From: Malacoraja senta | Lineage: Eukaryota | Length of the DNA: 62,000 nucleotides | Reading direction: 5' to 3' | Assembly: GCA_038087875.1 (NCBI GenBank) | Contig: CM075998.1 | Location: 124,001-186,000, forward strand | In this document: positions 1-11,172 of the stretch, piece by piece | How positions within the stretch are numbered: the first letter of the stretch is position 1 | Layout: each line of letters begins with the position of its first letter | Program-made: the position numbers and the translations under genes | Notes under the pieces: model-generated | The model's input: the letters and a program-made list of their open reading frames with translations, nothing else | Told to the model about the DNA's origin: nothing | The model's database searches: none

Positions 1-497
1 AGACTAATTCCTGGGATGTCAGGACTTTCATACGAAGAAAGACTGGATAGACTTGGCTTGTACTCGCTGGAATTTAGAAGATTGAGGGGGGATCTTATAG
101 AAACGTACAAAATTCTTAAGGGGTTGGACAGGCTAGATGCAGGAAGATTGTTCCCGATGTTGGGGAAGTCCAGGACAAGGGGTCACACAGTTTAAGGATA
201 AGGGGGAAATCTTTTAGGACTGAGATGAGAAAAACATTTTTTTTTTCCACACAGAGAATCTGTGGAACTCTCTGCCACAGAGGGTAGTTGAGGCCAGTTC
301 GTTGGCTATATTTAAGAGGGAGTTAGATGTGGCCCTTGTGGCTAAAGGGATCAGGGGGTATGGAGAGAAAGCAGGTACGGGATACTGAGTTGGATGATCA
401 GCCATGATCATATTGAATGGCGGTGCAGGCTCGAAGGGTCGAGTGGCCTCTACTCCTGCACCTATTGTCTATGTTTCTATGTTTCTATGTTTCTATG
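1..497 (+). mobile_element. CR1 LINE 3' end
   Basis: RLGLYSLEFRRLRGDL coding remnant, conserved 3' UTR, (TGTTTCTA)n tail. Confidence 0.9.
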
Positions 498-1369
498 CCT
501 GACCCGTTGAGTTACTCCAGCACTCTGTGTCTACCTTCGATTTTAACCAGCATCTGCAGTTCTCTCTTCCACACCATGTCCATTACCCGGTGGGGCCGAA
601 GGGCCTGTTTCCTCGCTGTATATCTAAAGTCTAAAGAGTGTATAGTTTCGTTTAGTTTAGAGATACAGCACAGAAACAGGCCCTTCGGCCCCACCGGGTC
701 CGTGCCGACCAGCGATCCCAGCACATTAACACCACCCTACACACACTAGGGACACATTTTTACATTTACCAAGCCAATTAACCAACAATTAAGCCATTTA
801 GAACGGAGACGAGGAAACACTTTTCCACGCAGAGAGTGGTGAATCTGTGGGATTCTCTGCCTCAGAGGGCGGTGGAGGCCGGTTCTCTGGATACTTTCAA
901 GAGAGAGCTAGATAGGGCTCTTAAAGATAGCGAGAGAGAGTCAGGGGATATGGGGAGAAGGCAGGAACGGGGTACTGATTGGGGATGATCAGCCATGATC
1001 ACATTGAATGGCGGTGCTGGCTGGAAGGGCCAAATGGCCTCCTCCTGCACCTATTGTCTATTGTCTATTGACTCCGCTATCTTTAAGATCCCTATCTAGC
1101 TCTCTCTTGAAAGCATCCAGTGAACCGGCCTCCACCGCCCTCCGAGGCGGAAAATTCCACAGACTCACAACTCTCCGGGTGGAAAAGTTTTTGTTCAACT
1201 CTGCTTGGATTGGGATTGGGTAAACAAATGCTGGAGAAACTCAGCAGGTGCAGCAGCATCTATGGAGCGAGGGAAATAGGCAACGTTTGTGGCCGAAACC
1301 CTTCTTCGGACTGATTGGGATTGGGAATGGGAGGGGGAGTTGAAGTGCTGAGCCACCAGGAGATCGTAC

Positions 1370-1544
1370 CTGCTGTGGAGTGAACGTCTCTCTGCTCTTG
1401 CTGGAGCCAGTCGTGATGATAGATACAGACTCGACTGTCGATCTGGTAAAGCAACGCTGGACAGATGTAGGTGAACTGCTGCAGAGTAATCTCATCCACA
1501 GAACTCAATCCAAAGTTCACCAGAAGCTGGCTTACATTCAAACA
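1370..1544 (-). CDS. SLC39A5: ZIP5 third coding exon with LIV-1 CPALLYQ motif
   Basis: Acceptor CAATAG|TGT; CLNVSQLLVNFGLS...CPALLYQIDSRVCI closely matches recalled ZIP5; donor CAG|GTACG; transmembrane exons are not visible in the window. Confidence 0.92.
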
Positions 1545-1594
1545 CTATTGCACAAACAAAAAAACATCCCATCAGAAATAAACGCATAATAACA

Positions 1595-1847
1595 TTCCAC
1601 TTCCCCCCCCTCCTCGACTCCACCCAAGGACCCATTCCCTTGCAACCGCAGGAGATGCTACACTTGTCGCTTTACCTCCCCCCCTCGACCCAAACAGTCT
1701 TTCCAGGTGCGGCAGAGGTTCACCTGCACCTCCTCCAACCTAATCTATTGCATCCGCTGCTCTAGATGTCAGCTGCTCTACATCGGTGAGACCAAGCGTA
1801 GGCTTGGCGATGGCTTCGCCCAACACCTCCGCTCAGTTCACAATAAC
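1595..1847 (+). mobile_element. Penelope GIY-YIG fragment
   Basis: FPCNRRRCYTC..FQVRQRFTCTSSNLIYCIRCSRCQLLYIGETKRRLG. Confidence 0.8.
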
Positions 1848-2710
1848 AATAGACAATAGACAATAGGTGCAGGAGTAGGCCATTCGGCCCTTCGAGCCAG
1901 CACCGCCATTCAATGTGATCACGGCTGATCATCCCCAATCAGTACCCCGTTCCTGCCTTCTCCCCATATCCCCTGACTCTGCTATCTTTAAGAGCCCTAT
2001 CTAGCTCTCTCTTGAAAGTATCCAGAGAACCGGCCTCCACCGCCCTCTGAGGCAGAGAATTCCACAGACTCACCACTCTCTGTGAGAAAAAGTGTTTCCT
2101 CGTCTCCATTCTAATTGGCTTACTCCTTATTCTTAAATTGTGTGTGGCCCCTGGTTCTGGACTCCCCCAACATCGGGAACATGTTTCCTGCCTCTAGCGT
2201 GTCCAAGCCCTTAACAATCTTATATGTTTCAATGAGACCCCTCTCATCCATCTAAACTCCAGAGTGTACAAGCCCAGCCGCTCCATTCTCTCAGCATACG
2301 ACAGTCCCGCCATCCCGGGAATTAACCTGGTGAACCTACGCTGCACTCCCTCAATAGCAAGAATGTCCTTCCTCAAATTAGGGGACCAAAGCTGCACACA
2401 ATACTCCAGGTGTGGTTTCACCAGGGCCCTGTACAACTGCAGAAGGACCTCTTTGCTCCTATACACGATTCCTCTTGTTATAAAGGCCAACAAGGCCAAA
2501 ACTGCACACAATACTCCAGGTGTGGTCTCACCAGGGCCCTGTACATCTGCAGAAGGACCTCTTTGCTCCTATACTCAACTCCTCTTGTTATAAAGGCCAA
2601 CAGGGCCAAAACTGTACCCAATATTCCAGGTGTGGTCTCACCAGGGCCCCGTACAACTGCAGAAGGACCTCTTTGCTCCTATACTCAACTCCTCTTGTTA
2701 TAAAGGCCAT
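1848..2710 (-). mobile_element. CR1 LINE 3' part with 110-bp internal tandem repeats
   Basis: [19 protein letters not shown] remnant; (TCTATTG)n tail; three 110-bp units. Confidence 0.9.
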
Positions 2711-2876
2711 TGGCTTTCTTCAGTGCCTGCTGTACCTGGTGGTTTTATGTGGTTTTATGTGGTTGGGAAACAAGTCCCTTCGGCCCACAACACCCATTCT
2801 AGCTCTCCGGTGGGTCCCACTTCGTCTAGTCATTAATTTGAAACCTTCTAATCCAATTGAACATGTTGAGGCTCAC

Positions 2877-3051
2877 GTTTCCATGCCAGTGGTTGAATTT
2901 GGAGTGGTTGAAGGTGGACTTTGTTTCATCGACACTCTGGCGGGCCAACCTCCCGACACTGGAGCGGCTGGGCCCACGGTTCCACAAGTCATCGTCTCTT
3001 CCCAAAACAGGAAGTCCTCTCTTGGTCTTGGGCCTCTGTTCCAATCTGTGG
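2877..3051 (-). CDS. SLC39A5: ZIP5 second coding exon
   Basis: Acceptor TTGTTCAG|C, 175 bp, phase 2 in and phase 0 out, open frame (S)HRLEQRPKTKRGLP...NHSKFNHWHGN, donor AAC|GTGAG; joins both neighbouring exons in frame. Confidence 0.8.
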
Positions 3052-3115
3052 CTGAACAATGGAAGAGAAATCGAAGGTGGACAAAAATGCTGGAGAAACT
3101 CAGCGGGTGAGGCAG

Positions 3116-4158
3116 CATAGAAACATAGAAAATAGGAGCAGGAGGAGGCCATTCGGCCCTTCGAGCCTGCACCGCCATTCAATATGATCATGGCTGATCA
3201 TCCAACTCAGTATCCTGTACCTGCCTTCTCTCCATACCCCCTGATCCCTTTAGCCACAAGGGCCACATCTAACTCCCTCTTAAATATAGCCAATGAACTG
3301 GCCTCAACTACCCTCTGTGGCAGAGAATTCCACAGATTCACCACTCCCTGTGTGAAAAAAAAAATCTCATCTCAGTCCTAAAAGACTTCCCCCTTATCCT
3401 TAAACTGTGTGACCCCTTGTCCTGGACTTCCCCAACATCGGGAACAATCTTCCTGCATCTAGCCTGTCCAACCCCTTAAGAATTTTGTACGTTTCTATAA
3501 GATCCCCCCTCAATCTTCTAAAGACGTTCTTGCCATAGAGGGAGTACAGAGAAGGTTCACCAGACTGATTCCTGGGATGGCAGGACTTTCATATGAAGAA
3601 AGACTGGATAGACTCGGCTTGTACTCGCTAGAATTTAGAAGATTGAGGGGGGATCTTATAGAAACTTACAACATTCTCAAGGGGTTGGACAGGCTAGATG
3701 CAGGAAGATTGTTCCCGATGTTGGGGAAGTCCAGGACAAGGGGTCACACAGTTTAAGGATAAGGGGGAAGTCTTTTAGGACCGAGATGAGAAAATCATTT
3801 TTCACACAGAGAGTGGTGAATCTGTGGAATTCTCTGCCACAGAAAGTAGTTGAGGCCAGGGTACACAAAAATGCTGGAGAAACTCAGCGGGTGCAGCAGC
3901 ATCTATGGAGCGAAGGAAATAGGCAACGTTTCGGGCCGAAACCCTTCCTCAAGTAGTTGAGGCCAGTTCATTGGCTATATTTAAGAGGGAGTTAGATGTG
4001 GCCCTTGTGGCTAAAGGGATCAGGGGGTATGGAGAGAAGGCAGGTACGGGATACTGAGTTGGATGATCAGCCGTGATCATATTGAATGGCGGTGCAGGCT
4101 CGAAGGGCCGAATGGCCTACTCCTGCTCCTATTGTCTATGTTTCTATGTTGCTATGTA
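3116..4158. mobile_element. Inverted pair of CR1 3' ends
   Basis: 3116-3520 (minus) and 3522-4158 (plus) are the same subfamily in opposite orientation. Confidence 0.88.
3860..3950 (-). mobile_element. Short non-autonomous Penelope-end element
   Basis: Matches the Penelope terminal ~90 bp; 16-bp TSD AAGTAGTTGAGGCCAG at 3844-3859 and 3951-3966 inside a CR1. Confidence 0.85.
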
Positions 4159-4234
4159 ATCTGCCTTCCAGTTTTTGCCCTCTAGTCCCGGCAACACCTG
4201 CCTGAGAAGCTGTGCTTGGTGTAATTGTTCTCAC

Positions 4235-4647
4235 CTCAGTGTGGAGCGGTTGGTCGCAGAGTTAGCCTCCTCCACCTTGCTGGTGGGTTGGTCGACATGG
4301 TGGTCTTGTAGAACGTGGCTGTGCGCGTGTCCTTTCCCCTGCAGGTCGAGAGCGTCCAAGTGCGAGACATGAGCGTGCCCGAGATCCTCGTGCTCGATTT
4401 CCACCACCTTCACCGCGCCCAGCCCCAGGTTGACCAGCAGCCTGTGCAGCCCCTCGAAGGTCAGCTTGCCGTTTTCCCCGTAGTGTCCGAACAGACGCAG
4501 CAGGTAGTAACGCTGTTCCCTCACGGCGCTGTGGGCCAGAGTCTCGTTCTTATCCACCGGTGGCCTCTGGGCTTGGCAGTAGGGGACGTGGTCGGTACAC
4601 AGGAGGTGCAGCCCAGCGAGGAAGAGAGGGAGAATTCCTCTCCGCAT
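4235..4647 (-). CDS. SLC39A5: ZIP5 zinc transporter, first coding exon (signal peptide and His-rich ectodomain)
   Basis: ATG at 4647; MRRGILPLFLAGLHLLC signal-like start; EQRYYLLRLFGHYGENGKLTFEGLHRLLVNLGLG matches the LIV-1 ZIP5/6/10 ectodomain; donor AG|GTGAG at 4235/4234 (phase 2); acceptor TGTAG just above 4665; adjacent to NABP2-RNF41. Confidence 0.88.
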
Positions 4648-4824
4648 ATTTCCACCCAGTCACCCCTACAAAGGCAAAACAGAAAGGTACACATTGCTGC
4701 AATGACACAATGATCCATGTAAGACATAGTTTTTATTATTATCATTATTATTATTTTTTAAATATTAATACATTTATTAGAATTAAGTACAATCAACAAA
4801 TGCAGAACTGATCATTTTTGGAAC

Positions 4825-5710
4825 AAGTCAAGTGAGTTTCTTGTCATGTGTCCCTGGTAGGACAATGAAATTCTTGCTTTGCTTCAGCACAACAGAACAT
4901 AGTAGGCATTGACTACAAGGCATTCTATAAATATATATATACACAATGGTCAATATACTGATAAAGTGCAAATAACAGTATTGGCTAGTAAAGTTCAGTG
5001 TTATGTCCGAGCCAGGTTTAATAGCCTGATGGCTGTGGGGGAGTAGGTATTCCTGAACCTGGCCGTTGCAGTCTTCAGGCTCCTGTACCTTCTACCTGAA
5101 GGTAGTAGGGAGATGAGTGTGTGGCCAGGATGGTGTGGGTCCTTGATGATACTGCCAGCCTTTTTGAGGCAGCGACTGCGATAGATCCCCTCGATGGAAG
5201 GGAGGTCAGAGCCGATGATGGACTGGGCAGTGTTTACTACTTTTTGTAGTCTTTTCCTCTCCAGGGCGCTCGAGTTGCCGAACCAGGCCACGATGCAACC
5301 GGTCAGCATGCTCTCCACTGTGCACCTGTAGAAGTTAGGGAGAGTCCTCCTTGACAACCCGACTCTCCGTAATCTTCTCAGGAAGTAGAGGCGCTGTTGT
5401 GCTTTCTTAATAATGGCATCAGTGTTCTCGGACCAGGAAAGATCTTCAGAGATGTGCACGCCCAGGAATTTGAAGCTCTTGACCCTTTCAACCATCGACC
5501 CGTTGATATAAACGGGACTGTGGGTCCCCATCCTACCCCTTCCAAAGTCCACAATCAGTTCCTTGGTTTTGCTGGTGTTGAGGGCCAGGTTGTTGTGCTG
5601 GCACCATATGGACAGTTGCTCGATCTCTCTTCTATACTCTGACTCATCCCCATCAGTGATACGTCCCACAACAGTGGTGTCGTCAGCGAACTTGATGATG
5701 GAGTTCGCAC
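4825..5710 (-). mobile_element. Rex1/Babar- or L2-like LINE RT 3' part
   Basis: NSIIKFADDTTVVG..LNTSKTKELIVDF..FKFLGVHI..KKAQQRLYFLRRL in ORF 5001-5933. Confidence 0.85.
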
Positions 5711-6032
5711 AATCGAAGCCAGTTTGGAGCTGACTTTGTTTCAAAGGGGCTTTCTTAATTATACTGAAATCCTGGAAAAACGCTCCCACGCCCAATGACA
5801 AAAATGTGGTTTCTAATATGTCGGGACTGTTACACCTAGAAGATATGAGATTCCTCTTAGCAGGTAAACCAGACCAATTCCAATAGGTTTGGTCTCCATT
5901 TATCGACTTGGCCCTGCCCCCTCTGGAGGACATTTACCACTCCAGATGCCGCAGCAGGACCTGTAATATCGTGAAAGACATTACGCATCCTTGTCACCAC
6001 CTTTTCACACTGCTGCCCCTCAGGAAAAAGGT

Positions 6033-6835
6033 CCCCGTCAACCGTGAGTCCGCGACACCGTGAGTCCCCGTACACGTGAGTCCACGTCAACCGTGAGTCC
6101 GCGACACCGTGAGTCCCCGTACACGTGAGTCCCCCTCAACCGTGAGTCCGCGACAACATGAGTCCCCGTACACGTGAGTCCCCCGTCAACCGTGAGTCCG
6201 CGACACTGTGAGTCCCCGTACACGTGAGTCCCCCTCAACCGTGAGTCCGCGACACCGTGAGTCCCCGTACACGTGAGTCCCCGTCAACCGTGAGTCCGCG
6301 ACACCGTGAGTCCCCGTACACGTGAGTCCACGTCAACCGTGAGTCCGCGACACCGTGAGTCCCCGTACACGTGAGTCCCCCTCAACCGTGAGTCCGCGAC
6401 ACCGTGAGTCCCCGTACACGTGAGTCCCCCGTCAACCGTGAGTCCGCGACACCGTGAGTCCCCGTACATGTGAGTCCCCCTCAACCGTGAGTCCGCGACA
6501 CCGTGAGTCCCCGTACACGTGAGTCCCCATCAACCGTGAGTCCGCGACACCGTGAGTCCCCGTACACGTGAGTCCCCCTCAACCGTGAGTCCGCGACACC
6601 GTGAGTCCCCGTACACGTGAGTCCACGTCAACCGTGAGTCCGCGACACCGTGAGTCCCCGTACACGTGAGTCCACGTCAACCGTGAGTCCGCGACACCGT
6701 GAGTCCCCGTACACGTGAGTCTCCGTCAACCGTGAGTCTGCGACACCGTGAGTCCCCGTACACGTGAGTCCCCCGTCAACCGTGAGTCCGCGACACCGTG
6801 AGTCCCCGTACACGTGAGTCCCCCTCAACTGTGAG
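6033..6835 (+). repeat. 49-50-bp CpG-rich minisatellite (~16 copies)
   Basis: Unit TCAACCGTGAGTCCGCGACACCGTGAGTCCCCGTACACGTGAGTCC(ACG/CCC). Confidence 0.95.
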
Positions 6836-7629
6836 GTCGCTAAAGTCACGCACTGCCAGACTCAAGAACAGCTTTTATCCATCAGCAATCTTGGAACTGA
6901 ACTCTATCTCAGGAGTGGGTTATGGGGAAGGAGGGGGCGGGGGCGGGTGGGAGACAGTGTTGATTTATGTAAATGTGAATCCATGGGTGGGTTTGGGGAG
7001 GGAGGGAGTGTAAAAGGTTTGAGTATGTGAATGTTTGAAGTTCTTTTAAATGGAGAGCCAATCTCGTTGTATGTGACACATGCAATGACAATAAAGCATT
7101 CTGATTATTACAAGCATAGGGTGCAACAAAATGTTGAAAATAAATGGTTTCAGGACCTGGTGAGGGGTGAGTAAAGATATAATAATAATATTGATAATAA
7201 TACATTTTATTTGTGGGCGCCTATACAAAAGTCTCAAGGACACCTTACAGAATTTAACAAAGAAACATATAATCGGAGTCAAATAAGTTATAAAGACATC
7301 ACCAATACACAAATTAAAGACAGAATTCGATCCAAAAACACAAAAAAAATCAGAAACACAGTGTGAAGAGAGAGCAGCGGCAGCTAAAGCGTGCCAGCGT
7401 CCACTCTCCCTTCCGACCGCCATCTTGGACATAGACTAACATGGACACTACACACAAAATCATCCCCCCACAATGATTACCACTGTGGGGGGAGGCACAA
7501 TGTCCAGTCCCCCACCCCAGTTCTCCCCAAAGTCAGGCCTATTGAGGCCTTCACAGTTGCCTCTACGGAGGCCTGATGTTCCTGGCCGTCGGGAGAGGCC
7601 TCACAGCGGCTGGGCCACCTGGAGCGTAT

Positions 7630-8675
7630 ATTGACATCATACATGTTATGTACAACTTCTTATTTTTTTTTAATTATAATGAAGAAGAAAAGAAAAAGAG
7701 ACCAATAATAAAAGATAGACCTGATAATAAAAGATAAGAAAAACGTGAGTGTGTGAAAAAGAAAAAAACGAGTGAAAGAAGAAAAGTGAAGAAGATAGAA
7801 AGAAAGAGAGTAGAAAATAAAAAATAAAAATAAGGAGATCATTATTTATAATCTAGTCCATCCCTCACCCACTCCGGGAACAGTTCGCTTCTACAATTAT
7901 GTTGCACCATGTGCTTCCACAAAGACGACAAATGGAGGCCAACTCGTTAAGAATTGGTCTGATTTATCTATTAGGAGGAATCGCCCGACATAATTTAATT
8001 CAATTTAAAGTTTTACATAGATTATATTATTCAAAAATTAGACTGAATAAATTCTATCCAAATATATCCCCCATTTGTGATAAATGTCTATCCCAAAACA
8101 CAACTATAACACACTCTTTCGTTTCCTGCATAAAACTTTATACATTCTGCAGTGATATTTTTTGAAATATTTACAAAAAGATAAAAATGGAACCTTATAC
8201 TGAAATTATTATATTTGGAGTAACGGAAGACAGGAACAAATTTAACCCATCTCAACATTTATTTTTTAATTATAGGTCAATAACAGCAAAAAAACGTATA
8301 CTTAAATTTTGGAAAAGCTTAAAATGTGGATTTCAAAGCATGTTGAACACGGCACATCTTGAGGAAATGCGATTCCTCCTAATAGATAAATCAGACCAAT
8401 TCTTAACGAGTTGGTCTCCATTTGTCGACTTGTTGGAAGCACATGGTGTAACACAATTGTAGAAACTAACTGTTTCAGGACTGGGTGAGGGATGGGCTAG
8501 ATTATAAATAACGATCTCCTTAATCTCGCACTTTCTACTCTTTTTCTTTCTATCTTCTTTTCTTCACTTTTCCTCTTCCACCCCTTTTTTCTTTTCACAC
8601 ACCATATATCACACGTTTTTCTATCTTTTATTATCTATACTCTCTTTTATTATATTAAAAAACCCAAGCTGTACA
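7630..8675. mobile_element. L1/Tx1-like LINE 3' ends, inverted pair
   Basis: 7985-8675 plus encodes LIQFKVLHRLYYS..CDKC..HSFVSC zinc-knuckle C-terminus; ~7630-7984 is a reverse-complement copy of its distal part. Confidence 0.75.
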
Positions 8676-9589
8676 TCATCACTGCAGTTATCCGCGGCCC
8701 CCTACAGCCTGTCTGTCTTATTTTTATTTTTGTCTAGTTAAATGTAGTTGTTTGTGTTTTTTAATACTGTTTTTAACTGTGTATATGTGGGGGGCGGCGG
8801 GAGGCGGGAGGGGGAAACTTTAAAAATCTCTTCCCTGTACGGGAGACCCGGCCTTTTCCCTGTCGGGTCTCCATTGTTGTTGGGGCCTAGCTTCGTGGAG
8901 CGGCCTCCGACCGGGACAACATGGGGGCTCCAGTCGTGGTAGCCTGTGGAGCTGCGGACTTACCACCGTGGGGCTGGCCGTCCTCGGAGCGTGGGGAGCG
9001 GTGGTGGCTCGCTGCTGCGGCCCGACTCCGGAGCTCCAGCTGCAGACCTGTGGACTATGATATCGGGAGCTCGTGGGTCCGGGTGAGAGACCGCTTTCTG
9101 GAGCTCCCGTGTCGCGGGGTTGGAACGACCCGGAGCGGGGCTGTAAATCGCCCGGCGCAGCTTTAATGGCCGCGGGACATTCCAGCACCCGCCGGGGGCT
9201 CCAACTTTGTGACTTTTGGGCCCGGAGCGAGGCTGTACACCACCTCAACGGCCGTGGGACTCACCATCGCCCGCCTGGGGCTTCAACATCGGGAGAGAAA
9301 TGGTGCAGGGGAGAGAAAAGACTTTGCATTCCATCACAGTGAGGAGGAGATTCACTGTGATGGATGTTTTTCTATAAATTGAATTGTTTGTGTGTCTTGT
9401 AGGAATTGTTTTGTTTGTATGGCTGTGGAAACGGAGTTTCGTTTGAACCTCTTTGAGGTTCAAATGTCAAGAAATAAATCTAAATCTAATGTAACGTTAA
9501 TATATATATTAGGCACCTCCGTGCCATATTACTGTACTCACTTCTAATAAAATAAAATTAAAGAAAATAAAAAATGACACAATGACACA

Positions 9590-10612
9590 AAATGTGAGGT
9601 TATCCACTTTGGCGGCAAAAACAAGGGGGCAGATTATTATCTCAATGGGGTTAAGTTAGGTAAGGGGGAGGTGCAGCGAGACCTGGGTGTCCTTGTACCC
9701 CGGTCACTGAGAGTTGGCGTGCAGGTACAGCAGGCAGTGAAGAAAGCTTTTGGTGTGCTGGCCTTCATAAATAGAAACATAGAAAAATAGGTGCAGGAGT
9801 AGGCCATTCGGCCCTTCGAGCCTGCACTGCCATTCAATATGATCATGGCTGATCATCCAACTCAGTATCCTGTACCTGCCTTCTCTCCATACCCCCTGAT
9901 CCCTTTAGCCACAAGGGCCACATCTAACTCCCTCTTAAATATAGCCAATGAACTGGCCTCAACTACATTCTGTGGCAGAGAATTCCACAGATTCACCACT
10001 CTCTGTGTGAAATCAGAGCATTGAGTATAGAAGTTGGGATGTAATGTTAAACTTGTACAAGGCACTGGTGAGGCCAATTCTGGAGTATGGAGTACAATTC
10101 TGGTTGCCATCCCGAGAATCAACCTGGTGAACCTACGCCGGGCTCCCTCAATAGCAAGAATATCCTTCCTCAAATTAGGGGACCAAAACTGTACACAATA
10201 CTCCAGGTGTGGTCTCACCAGGGCCCTGTACAACTGCAGGAGGACCTCTTTGCTCCTATACTCGACTCCTCTTGTTATGAAGGCCAACAGGGCCAAAACT
10301 GTACACAATACTCCAGGTGTGGTCTCACCAGGGCCCTGTACAACTGCAGGAGGACCTCTTTGCTCCTGTACTCAACTCCTCTTGTTATGAAGGCCAACAG
10401 GGCCAAAACTGTACACAATACTCCAGGTGTGGTCTCACCAGGGCCCTGTACAACTGCAGAAGGACCTCTTTGCTCCTGTACTCGACTCCTCTTGGTATGA
10501 AGGCCAACAGGGCCAAAACTGCACACAATACTCCAGGTGTGGTCTCACCAGGGCCCTGTACAACTGCAGGAGGACCTCTTTGCTCCTGGACTCAACTCCT
10601 CTTGTTATGAAG
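9590..10612. mobile_element. Cluster of CR1 fragments with 110-bp tandem units
   Basis: CR1 RT remnants on both strands; 110-bp period at 10290, 10400, 10510. Confidence 0.85.
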
Positions 10613-11172
10613 GTAGACAAGAGTGCTGGAGAAACTCAGCGGATGCAGCAGCATCTATGGAGCGAAGGAGATAGGCAACATTTTGGGCCGAAACCCTTCT
10701 TCAGACTCGTGTCTTATTCCCAAACAAACCAGTGAGGAGACCAGAAAGTACCAAGCTGCCAAAACCATCCCTGTTTTAAGTGCTGAGCAGATTGCTGGCA
10801 ATCAGTGACCTTTGAAGTTTGCAATCAGTTAATATAACAGGCCTCAGCGGTTCCCAGTTAAAGTCGAACAAAGCATTTTGTTATAAATAGTGTTATAAAC
10901 ACTGGTGAAAAAAGCAAATATTGACACAGCCCCCCCTCCCCTGTCTGAATCGAGACGTCAATGTTATTTGTCACATATTACATACAAGATGTACAGTGAA
11001 ATGAAAGGCAATGCCTGCGGATTGTGTCAAAACTACAAGATTCAAGATTCAAGTGAGTTTATTGTTGTGTGTCCCTGATCGGACAATGAGATTCTTGCTT
11101 TGCTTCAGCACAACAGAACATAGACGGCATGAATACAAAACAGATCAGTGTGTCCATATACCATTATATAAA

